Assembly (NCBI GenBank): GCA_003158735.1 | Contig: PMLB01000226.1 | Coordinates: forward strand, 687-64,686 | Source: Myxococcales bacterium | GTDB lineage: Bacteria; Myxococcota_A; Polyangia; Fen-1088 | Reading direction: 5' to 3' | DNA length: 64,000 bases | In this document: positions 18,844 to 26,265 of the stretch, in pieces | Layout: every line of letters starts with the position of its first letter | Numbering within the stretch: position 1 is the first letter of the stretch | Program-made: the position numbers and the translations under genes | Notes under the pieces: model-generated | Seen by the model: the letters and a program-made list of their open reading frames with translations, nothing else | Databases searched by the model: none | Told to the model about the DNA's origin: nothing

Positions 18844-19467
18844 TTAGCACCTATGGCCGAGCGGTTGAGGGCACAGGTCGCGTCGCTTGCAGTCGGCGCA
18901 GGGCTGGCCCCGCCAGATGGCATCGAAAAAGGCCTGCACATCGTCCAGCAGCAGGTCGTCGCGGCTGAGCAGCCCCAGCTCGAAATTTCGCCGGCCCTCG
19001 CCCTTGGCGCCCAGGCCGGCTCCGGTCCAGTTGGCGCTGCCCAGATACACTATGGTGCCGTCGACAACAACGATCTTGCAGTGCACGCGCGGGCACAGGC
19101 GCAGATCGAACGATCCGCGCTGACCGCGGCTGGCTTTCAGGTGGGCGCAGCGGCGCAACTCCTGGCGAAACGGCAGCGAGGGTGGCGCTGCGTGCAGGAT
19201 GCGAATCTCCACGCCTGCGACCACCAGCTCGTCGAAGACCTGCAACACGGACCGATATTCGCCGTTGCGGGCGGTGCGGCGCCGTCCTGGCCGCACCCGC
19301 GCGTCCTCGACCATCAGCTCCTTCAGGTTCGCGGTGGCAATCCACACGCTGTGCTCGGCATTCATCACCGCCTGCACCACGGCTTCATAGTGTCCCCGCC
19401 CGCCAAGCAGGGCCAGCGACACCGGACGTGACACGCGAATGAAGTCCATGATCCGTACCGGACACAC
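18844..19467 (-). CDS. single-HKD phospholipase-D-family protein (Nuc-like nuclease candidate)
   Basis: HKD motif HCKIVVVDGTIVYLGSANWTGAG. About 200 aa is the size typical of dimeric PLD nucleases. An alternative start MDFIRV lies at 19449. Confidence 0.75.
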   Translation of the reverse strand: MCPVRIMDFIRVSRPVSLALLGGRGHYEAVVQAVMNAEHSVWIATANLKELMVEDARVRPGRRRTARNGEYRSVLQVFDELVVAGVEIRILHAAPPSLPFRQELRRCAHLKASRGQRGSFDLRLCPRVHCKIVVVDGTIVYLGSANWTGAGLGAKGEGRRNFELGLLSRDDLLLDDVQAFFDAIWRGQPCADCKRRDLCPQPLGHRC

Positions 19468-19601
19468 TATGTGAATGTCCGAGTGCGAAGCAAATTGCTC
19501 TCGCGGCGGCCTGCGCTGTAGACAGCGCGCGTGGGCCTGGGTAGCGTGCGGGCCATGGCATCCCTGGAATCAGAAACGCGTTTGCGCGAGGTCGGCGCCG
19601 G

Positions 19602-20237
19602 ATGACTGAGCCCACAACGCGCGAGCTGGTGGTCCTGGATTTCGAAACCACGGGCCTCATGCCGGCGCGCGATCGCACCATCGAGGTGGCGGCCACACTT
19701 CTCGTCGATCACCAGCCGGTCGATACCTTCTGTCGGCTGATGCACCCGGGGTTCGCCCTGCCGTCATTCATCACGTCGCTGACCGGGATCACCGACCAGA
19801 TGCTGCGCGGCCAGCCGCGGCCGGAGGATGTCATGCCCGCGTTGCACAGATTCGTGCGCGGCCTTCCCATCGTGGCGCACAACGCTTCCTTCGATCGCGC
19901 CTTCCTGCACGCCGAGTTGGCGCGCGCCGGTCTTCAGCCCGAGAGCGAATTCCTGTGCACCATGCGACTGGCACGCCGACTGGCGCCCGGACTGCCCAGC
20001 TATCGACTCGACACCCTGGTGGACGCCTTGCAAGTGCGCCCATCAAGCGCGCGGCAATTCCACCGCTCGCTGGCCGACGTGAACCACACAGTCGCCATCT
20101 GGAAAGAATTGCACGCGCGTTTCATCGAGCACACCGGCCTGGCCGCACCGCCCGTCGCTGTGCTGAGCACGCTGATGCGCAAATCGAAGAAGCAAGTGCC
20201 GAAGTATCTGGCCTCGCTGCAGGCGGGAAATGGTTGA
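19602..20237 (+). CDS. DEDDh 3'-5' exonuclease (DnaQ/epsilon-like)
   Basis: ExoI is VVLDFETTGL, ExoII is IVAHNASFDRAFL and ExoIII is HRSLADV. Confidence 0.85.
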   Translation: MTEPTTRELVVLDFETTGLMPARDRTIEVAATLLVDHQPVDTFCRLMHPGFALPSFITSLTGITDQMLRGQPRPEDVMPALHRFVRGLPIVAHNASFDRAFLHAELARAGLQPESEFLCTMRLARRLAPGLPSYRLDTLVDALQVRPSSARQFHRSLADVNHTVAIWKELHARFIEHTGLAAPPVAVLSTLMRKSKKQVPKYLASLQAGNG

Positions 20238-20728
20238 GTGACTTTGGTCGCGAGGGCCAAGGCAGCTTAGTCGGCGTCGCTCTGAAGGCAGAGCTTCGAC
20301 GAAAGATAACCACAGAAGTTGCAGGAAGGGTCGACGAAGCCATTGAAGCGCTGGGTTTAGACGACCTAAGGGTCGTCCAAAACCATCTCATTGCCTCGAG
20401 ATGGATTTACAACGAGATTGTCTCATATCTGGACAACTTCTTCCGTGTTGACAGGTCAAACCCCAGAGATTTCTCCATATACCCTGAATTTCAAAGCAGA
20501 ACGTTTCGGTCTCTCCTGATAGATCTTAAGAGTCTAGAGGACAAGGACGGCCAGAACTCCCTTGCTGGCCTTCTAAGGAAATTCGATAAACTCGCAGACT
20601 TAGCGTCCCTCGACGAGGATCCGGAGCGCTCTCCAGAAAGGAATGGCATGGTGGAGGCAATCAAGAAGACTAGGGAATTTCTCAAAGAGATCAGTGAAAA
20701 CCCATATCTTACTTTCGGTGGTCAATAG
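20234..20728 (+). CDS. hypothetical helical protein, possibly coupled to the exonuclease gene
   Basis: The open frame continues through an AT-richer stretch. The only plausible start is TTG at 20234, which overlaps the exonuclease stop (TTGA). The protein sequence (…RWIYNEIVSYLDNFFRVDRSNPRDFSIYPEFQSRTFRSLLIDLKSLEDKDGQ…) looks like genuine coding sequence, but I recognise no family. Confidence 0.35.
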   Translation: MSDFGREGQGSLVGVALKAELRRKITTEVAGRVDEAIEALGLDDLRVVQNHLIASRWIYNEIVSYLDNFFRVDRSNPRDFSIYPEFQSRTFRSLLIDLKSLEDKDGQNSLAGLLRKFDKLADLASLDEDPERSPERNGMVEAIKKTREFLKEISENPYLTFGGQ

Positions 20729-20842
20729 TACCCATAACAAGCCGTTGCAGTGGATGTGGTCACCGCAGTGACATCGTGTAGAATGGTGCGGCCGGCTTGG
20801 CGGCGCCCACACCGGTGAACGTCAAACCGTTAGACGCTCGGA

Positions 20843-21073
20843 ATGGAAGTCAGCATCGACGCACGAAATCTCCGACGCTATTCGGAACGCGAGGCTTTGG
20901 CATTTGTGGACTCGGTCTTGGGCTTTCCCGAAAGCTGGCCGCCCTCGCTCATTGCATTTCGACTCTCTTCGGATTTCCAAGCCGAGTGGAAGTGCGAAGT
21001 TGGCAACTGGCTTCTCCTCGCCCGCGACCACGGCTTTCTCGATCAATTGTTGGGCCGAACCAATCGAGCCTGA
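20843..21073 (+). CDS. hypothetical 76-aa protein
   Basis: ATG-initiated ORF in the AT-richer islet with protein-like composition. No recognisable motif. Confidence 0.3.
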   Translation: MEVSIDARNLRRYSEREALAFVDSVLGFPESWPPSLIAFRLSSDFQAEWKCEVGNWLLLARDHGFLDQLLGRTNRA

Positions 21074-21074
21074 C

Positions 21075-21312
21075 ATGAAGCCTCAAACCTCTCCGTCACA
21101 GGCCCGAATGGCACATGGGATCCTTGCGCAGGAGCTCGCTCCTGCCATGGTCGCGCACTACTTTTCGGGGCTGGGGTGGCGCGCCTCATGGACTGGGAGC
21201 CGTCAACGCCGGGGGTGACGTAGATGTTCGTTTCCAGACTCCGTCGGGTTTGGCTATCGACATACAGGTGAAGACACCTGACCAGCTGGTGAAATCGTCC
21301 CCGGGCGCATAG
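21075..21312 (+). pseudogene. possible frameshifted remnant of a small PD-(D/E)xK-like gene
   Basis: The ATG at 21075 lies 1 nt after the previous stop and gives MKPQTSPSQARMAHGILAQELAPAMVAHYFSGLGW. The coding-like sequence then continues in another frame (GDVDVRFQTPSGLAIDIQVKTPDQLV) after an apparent shift near 21180. Confidence 0.2.
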
Positions 21313-21366
21313 TGCGTGGCGAGAAGAATACAAAGGCTGACATTCAGAAGCCGGCAGGTCGCATCT

Positions 21367-21393
21367 GTTATCACGATGTGATATGGTGATAAC
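21367..21393 (+). promoter_or_regulatory. nested inverted repeat (probable VapB operator) abutting the vapB start
   Basis: GTTATCAC-N11-GTGATAAC, with an inner ATCACgatGTGAT, ends at the vapB ATG (21394). Confidence 0.5.
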
Positions 21394-21621
21394 ATGATCC
21401 GGACGCAGATCTCACTGGATGTCGATGTGTACGCCAGGGCCAAGCGGGTAGCTCGTCGCATGGGTATTTCCGTGGCAGAGCTGGTTAGGCGCGGCTTGGA
21501 GGAGACGATTGCGCGACAGCCCACATCGAAGCCGTGGATGGCGTATGCGGGTAGTATCGAAGGCCGTCCCGAAGACAGCAGCACCGTGGACGAGATTGTC
21601 TACGGGCGAGCGGAGCCGTGA
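21394..21621 (+). CDS. vapB: ribbon-helix-helix antitoxin (VapB-type)
   Basis: 75 aa. N-terminus MIRTQISLDVDVYARAKRVARRMGISVAELVRRGLE. Overlaps the PIN gene by 4 nt. Confidence 0.75.
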   Translation: MIRTQISLDVDVYARAKRVARRMGISVAELVRRGLEETIARQPTSKPWMAYAGSIEGRPEDSSTVDEIVYGRAEP

Positions 21622-22028
21622 CTGAAGCGGTTTTTCTGGATTCGGGAATCTTCATTGCGTTCCTGAACCGCCACGACCAGTGGCATACGCAGGCCGTAGC
21701 TCTGTTTAGCCTGGCGCGGCCACGCTGGAGCACGTCGTATCTGGTTATTGGCGAGGCCTACTCCTGGTTCTTGCATCGGTATGGCGAGGAAGCAGCTCGA
21801 TCCTTCCGGGCCTTCGTGGACAAACTCGACGGTCTCAAGATCCACGACGTGACGGCCGAACATCACCGACAAGTGGGCAGAATGCTCGATCGCCTTCGCG
21901 GTGCGAAGGTTTCGTACGTGGACGCTTCCAGCCTTTGCCTGCTCGAACGACACAAGATCAGGAAGGTCTGGTCGACGGACTTTCACCTTAGTCTCACGGG
22001 TGCGGAAGTGGCGCCTCGCCGATCCTGA
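21618..22028 (+). CDS. vapC: PIN-domain toxin (VapC-type)
   Basis: GTG start overlapping the vapB stop. Acidic PIN residues sit in FLDSGIF, VIGEAY, YVDASS and STDFH contexts. Confidence 0.8.
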   Translation: MTEAVFLDSGIFIAFLNRHDQWHTQAVALFSLARPRWSTSYLVIGEAYSWFLHRYGEEAARSFRAFVDKLDGLKIHDVTAEHHRQVGRMLDRLRGAKVSYVDASSLCLLERHKIRKVWSTDFHLSLTGAEVAPRRS

Positions 22029-22055
22029 AGATGCGAGCCAAACTTCCGATCAGAC

Positions 22056-22472
22056 ATGCGCAGCGTTCCCGTCATCCTCCCACTCCGGCACCATGCAGCC
22101 GCGCTGGCCTTGGTGCTGGTGGCCGCTTGCGCGGGGCCGGCGGCCAACTTGGTGCCCTCGCCGGGGGAGAGCGTCGAGATTCGGGCCAGCTACTACAGTC
22201 GCGCGCTTGTCGGTCGCAAGACGGCCTCGGGCGAGCCCTATGACCCGGCGCTGTTTACGGCGTCGCACGCGACCCTGCCAATGGGAACCATCCTGCGGGT
22301 CACCCGCCTGCCCGACGGTCCATCGGTGGAGGTGCGAGTGAACGATCGCTGTGCCTGCACGCACGGGCGGCAACTGGACCTATCCGAGGCGGCTGCGCGC
22401 CAGCTGAACATGCTGCGACTGGGAACGGTGAAGGTCCGCATCGAGATTCTGGACCGTCGCCCCGGCCGGTGA
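22056..22472 (+). CDS. rlpA: RlpA-like septal-ring lytic transglycosylase (DPBB) lipoprotein
   Basis: Lipobox LVAAC. DPBB signature ASYYSRALVGRKTASGEPYDPALFTASHATLPMGTILRVTRLPDGPSVEVRVNDR. Confidence 0.85.
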   Translation: MRSVPVILPLRHHAAALALVLVAACAGPAANLVPSPGESVEIRASYYSRALVGRKTASGEPYDPALFTASHATLPMGTILRVTRLPDGPSVEVRVNDRCACTHGRQLDLSEAAARQLNMLRLGTVKVRIEILDRRPGR

Positions 22473-22484
22473 GCGGGTATCGAG

Positions 22485-23489
22485 CTACTGCGCGGGCTGC
22501 TGGAAGATCGTGTCGTCTGGGCCGACCGCGGTGTAGCTGCCATCGGGGTTGACCCACACATCCCACAGGAACTCGTGCACGCCGATCGACTGTTCACTCC
22601 AGCTGGTGCCGTCGAAGCGGAAAACCCCCGCGCTGATGCTGTCGCCAGTGCGCTTGGCACCCACGGCGTAGACGCGGTCGGCGCTCGCGCCGTGAATTCC
22701 CAGCAGGGCCGTTTCACCCTCGTGCACGGTGGTCACACTGGTGCCATCGAACCGAAGGATCACGTGTGAGACCTCGGACATCACCTCGCCCACGATAAAC
22801 ACGTTGTCAGGCGAGGAGCCCCACACCGCCCTGAGATTCGCCTGAGTAGGCGTGGGCAGGATCGACCAAGCCGTCCCGTCGTAGCGCAACACGGTGCCCT
22901 GCTCGCCGACCGCCAGCACATTGTCATGCGCCGTTCCCCAAAGGGCGGTCAGTCTGGCTTGGGTGGGGCTGCTCATCGGCTGCCACGAGGTTCCATCGAA
23001 ATGCAGGATGATGCCGAGCGAGCCGGCCAGGAAGACATCGTCGGAGGCCACGCCCCAGAGCGCCCGGCCTTGCCCACCGTTGGGCTCGCTCTCGCGGAAG
23101 CTTTCGCCCAAATCCCACGCCTGCCATTCCCCGCCAAGGCAGCGCTGCACAGTGGTGCCGTTGAATCCGCCGGAAACAAAGAAGTCCTGCGAGCTTTGGC
23201 CCCAGATGTTTGCCAGGGGATACCCGCCTTGGTACAGGGTGACCCAGTTGCCCGTTTCCAGCCGCCGGACCAGCCCGTTTTGACCGCGGTAGCCCGCGAT
23301 GAACAGCTCGCCGTCGGGCGAGCCCCAGATGTGAGCGTTCACAACGAAATTGTCGCCGCAGGGATCGCATCCTTGGCCGCCAATGGTGTCACAGCCCGCC
23401 GCCGAGATCTGCGCGGCAACCGCAACCACCAAAAGTCTTCGATACGCCGTCAACACAAGGTCAGAGTAGTGCACCGCGCCCGCCGACAC
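22485..23489 (-). CDS. beta-propeller lipoprotein (WGxSxxDV-AVG-xILHFDGTxW repeat type)
   Basis: Lipobox ISAAGC. About 6 repeats such as ALWGVASDDVFLAGSLGIILHFDGTSWQ and AVWGSSPDNVFIVGE..VILRFDGTS. Confidence 0.7.
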   Translation of the reverse strand: MSAGAVHYSDLVLTAYRRLLVVAVAAQISAAGCDTIGGQGCDPCGDNFVVNAHIWGSPDGELFIAGYRGQNGLVRRLETGNWVTLYQGGYPLANIWGQSSQDFFVSGGFNGTTVQRCLGGEWQAWDLGESFRESEPNGGQGRALWGVASDDVFLAGSLGIILHFDGTSWQPMSSPTQARLTALWGTAHDNVLAVGEQGTVLRYDGTAWSILPTPTQANLRAVWGSSPDNVFIVGEVMSEVSHVILRFDGTSVTTVHEGETALLGIHGASADRVYAVGAKRTGDSISAGVFRFDGTSWSEQSIGVHEFLWDVWVNPDGSYTAVGPDDTIFQQPAQ

Positions 23490-23504
23490 AACCGAGGTGG
23501 CCCG

Positions 23505-23930
23505 TCAGTTACCCACAATGCGCAGGCTGGACGTGATGCGCGTCCCGCCTTTCAACATGGCCCACACCGGGCAAATTTGTTCCTCGGATTGCGCCAGGGC
23601 CCGCGCCACCACATCGGGGTCCAGCCCCGTGCCGCGCACGACGAATTCCATAGCGATCTCGGTCAGCAGCGTCGGGTGTTGATCGCGCCGTACGGCCCGC
23701 ACGTTCACTTCCACGCCTTGCGCGGGTTGCTTCAACTTGCGCAGCAGCACCACCATCGATCCGCCGGCGCAACTGGCCAGGCTGGCCAGCAAGAGTTCGA
23801 GAGACCGCATGCCCGCGCCCGACTCGCCCGGCTGCAAAGGGTAGTCGGTGGTGACGGTGTGCTCGCGGGCGGTCATGGAAAAGCGCAGACCGTCTTCTTG
23901 GGTCGCGCGGACTGAGAGTTCGGTGGGCAT
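23505..23930 (-). CDS. OsmC/Ohr-family peroxiredoxin-like protein
   Basis: Internal start MPTELSV preceded by AAAGGAAA. The two family cysteines sit in LASLASCAGG and EEQICPVW. Confidence 0.8.
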   Translation of the reverse strand: MPTELSVRATQEDGLRFSMTAREHTVTTDYPLQPGESGAGMRSLELLLASLASCAGGSMVVLLRKLKQPAQGVEVNVRAVRRDQHPTLLTEIAMEFVVRGTGLDPDVVARALAQSEEQICPVWAMLKGGTRITSSLRIVGN

Positions 23931-23946
23931 GGGGATTTCCTTTGTT

Positions 23947-24045
23947 GGTATCGTGGTGAAGCAGGTCCGCCAGGGTGCCCGCCTGATCCGCCAGGCGGGC
24001 GGCCTCGTTTTCGGTGTAGCCGTGCACATAGTCGAGCGACGTCAT
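23947..24045 (-). pseudogene. 5' stub (about 33 codons) of a class I SAM-dependent methyltransferase
   Basis: MTSLDYVHGYTENEAARLADQAGTLADLLHHDT resembles the N-terminus of UbiE/SAM-MTase-like proteins. The GxGxG SAM-binding region never follows. The frame instead runs into the osmC-family gene's RBS and body. Confidence 0.3.
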
Positions 24046-24083
24046 GGACAGAGAATCTACCAGGAACCAGGGCGGGCATTTCT

Positions 24084-24557
24084 ATGCCAAGATGTCGATC
24101 CATGAGCCAATCCATTGACGTATTTTCGCAGTGTCGGCGCCTGGCCGTGGTGGGCGTGTCACGGGCGCGCCGCAAGTACGGGAACTTCGCCTATCGCGAG
24201 CTCAAGGCCCGCGGGCTGGATGTGATGGCGGTGCACCCCGAATTGGCGAGCGTGGAGGGCGATGCTTGTTTCAAGTCGCTGGCCGAGCTGCCGCGCCCGG
24301 TTGACGGCGTGCTGGTGTGTGTGCGGCCGGAGAAAGTGCCCGAAGTCCTGCGCCAGGCAGCGGCCGCCGGAATTCGCCGTGCATGGCTGCAGCAGGGCGC
24401 TGAGAGCGATGCCGCGGCCAAGCTGGCGGCCCAGCTGGGTATCGATCTGGTCCAAGGCGAATGCATTCTGATGCACGCATCGCCGGTGCGCGGATTCCAT
24501 CGTCTGCACCGCGGATTGTGGCGGCTGCTCGGCCGGCTGACTGCCGCAAGAAGCTGA
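24084..24557 (+). CDS. CoA-binding domain protein (YccU/YneT-like)
   Basis: RRLAVVGVSRARRKYGNFAYRELKARGLDVMAVHP…VDGVLVCVRPEKVPEVLRQAAAAGIRRAWLQQGAES. An alternative start is at 24102. Confidence 0.8.
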   Translation: MPRCRSMSQSIDVFSQCRRLAVVGVSRARRKYGNFAYRELKARGLDVMAVHPELASVEGDACFKSLAELPRPVDGVLVCVRPEKVPEVLRQAAAAGIRRAWLQQGAESDAAAKLAAQLGIDLVQGECILMHASPVRGFHRLHRGLWRLLGRLTAARS

Positions 24558-24561
24558 GCCA

Positions 24562-26244
24562 CTACTGCGGCAGGATGGCCAGCCTGGTGCCCGGCCCTGG
24601 CGCCAGATCGGTATCGAGGATGGTGAAGCATCCAGTGGGATCGATGGGATAGATGTAGGGCAGCGTCCCATAGTAACTGGAATAGGGGATGGGCAAAAGC
24701 TGCGAGGTTAGCCACTCGCCCAGCACCACCGACTGATTTGCCGACACGAACCGCAGCTGGTCTGGACTCTGCGATCGGTATTCGATGATCGCCAACCCGT
24801 TGTGGTTGGGTGAAAAGCCGACGGCCCCGATCGCGCCATTTGAATCGTATCCGAAGACTTCAGTTCCCGATGCGAGGTCCACCAGCCGCAGACGCGACGT
24901 CCCGGACGTTGCAAACACCGGCTCGACCAGCACTACTTGATCCAGCCGTGGTGTCTCCAAGAAGGACGCGCCTGTCGACCACGCCGTGGGTGCGCTTCCG
25001 TCCAAAGCCACCGACGCAACACCGAAGGAGTGGCCTGTGTCGTCGTAGTTGTAGATGACATGGCCGCCGGCGTTGAATGCGAAAACGCGCTTCGCGAGCG
25101 GATCCATCAAGTAGTCGTAGAGGTTCGAGGCGAGCAGCCGCTCGCCGCTTCCGTCCACGCGTATGGCGTACAACTCGTCGGGCTGGCCGGTGATCTCGGT
25201 GGCGCCCAGCACCCACGTCTTGTCCGGCGAGACCTGAAATCCAAACAGACCCGGATGGCGGTCGGCGGCGACCAAGTACGAGGTGTCGCCTGTCCCTGGG
25301 ACATGGCCGCGAATGTCGCCGATCTGGAGCAGGTCGCCAGCCGCGAACAGCAACAGGTCATCCGACACAAACGCCGGATCGCGACCACCGGGCTGCGAGC
25401 CAAGGCGCTCAAGCAGACCATCCGCACCCGCGACCACGACCACGCTGTCGCTCCAGCCGGCATCCGGGATTCTGGTCATAAAAGCCACCCAGCGTCCGTC
25501 AGGCGATACCGCCATCGCGAGGGCTGGCATCGGCGTCCCGAAAGTCGCCGCGTCCGCCAGGTTCGTGCTGGCCCCCGACGCCACCTCGATCACGGCCATG
25601 GTGCCCGTGTTGTTCGAGTCGCAGTCGTGAATGGCGTACACGCGACTGCCGTCGGGCGCGGCGACATGGCTGCACACACTTTGCATCAGCGTGCGAATTC
25701 CGCTGCCGTCGGAGTTGACCACCATTAGGTCGGTCCTCCCGTCCTGCGTCGCCTTCACAAGAAGGGTCGCCCCGGGCTGAAGCCACTCGGCGCTAGAGAT
25801 CGAATTCATGATGGGCGAGACGTCGCCCGACGGCAGGCGCACCAGCAGCAGGTCATCCTGCACGCCGCTGTCGGGTGGCCCTTCGCCTTTCACGCGCAAG
25901 ACCAGCGAGCTGCGATCCGGGGCGAACAGCGCGTGCACCACATGGCGTGGCGTCAGCACGCCATCGGCCAAGGCCTGCAAGGCGGCGCATGGAAACGGGG
26001 ACGCAAGGTCCGGCGGCACTTGTGCGTCCTTGGGCAACCAACTGTCGCTGGGGAACTGGGCGTCGGCGGGTAGTTGAGAGTCTGTCGGAACCCGGGCATC
26101 CAGCGGTGCTCCACCATCGACTGCCGGGTGCAGGTTGCCCATGGCGGTCCGGCCGCACGCCGGAGCCAGGACGATCGTGAGCAAGACGAGCGCAGCCTGT
26201 CGAAGCACGAGATCGATTCTCCATCTTGGCTTGGCCGCACACAA
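24562..26244 (-). CDS. beta-propeller (TolB/PD40-like) lipoprotein, paralog 1
   Basis: Lipobox VLAPAC. Repeated SPDG(R/S)…V motifs. The N-terminal about 110 aa and C-terminal about 60 aa are near-identical to the next gene. Confidence 0.65.
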   Translation of the reverse strand: MCAAKPRWRIDLVLRQAALVLLTIVLAPACGRTAMGNLHPAVDGGAPLDARVPTDSQLPADAQFPSDSWLPKDAQVPPDLASPFPCAALQALADGVLTPRHVVHALFAPDRSSLVLRVKGEGPPDSGVQDDLLLVRLPSGDVSPIMNSISSAEWLQPGATLLVKATQDGRTDLMVVNSDGSGIRTLMQSVCSHVAAPDGSRVYAIHDCDSNNTGTMAVIEVASGASTNLADAATFGTPMPALAMAVSPDGRWVAFMTRIPDAGWSDSVVVVAGADGLLERLGSQPGGRDPAFVSDDLLLFAAGDLLQIGDIRGHVPGTGDTSYLVAADRHPGLFGFQVSPDKTWVLGATEITGQPDELYAIRVDGSGERLLASNLYDYLMDPLAKRVFAFNAGGHVIYNYDDTGHSFGVASVALDGSAPTAWSTGASFLETPRLDQVVLVEPVFATSGTSRLRLVDLASGTEVFGYDSNGAIGAVGFSPNHNGLAIIEYRSQSPDQLRFVSANQSVVLGEWLTSQLLPIPYSSYYGTLPYIYPIDPTGCFTILDTDLAPGPGTRLAILPQ

Positions 26245-26265
26245 GGCTCACAGGGGGCTAACGAA

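Noticed and set aside
22926-23915. 329-aa plus-strand ORF (similarly 55596..56798 plus and 41915..42883 minus)
   Set aside because: Each is antisense to a well-supported gene (beta-propeller/OsmC-family, kinase/adk, and the RidA-like gene respectively). Each has the Arg/Gly/His-rich composition typical of shadow ORFs.
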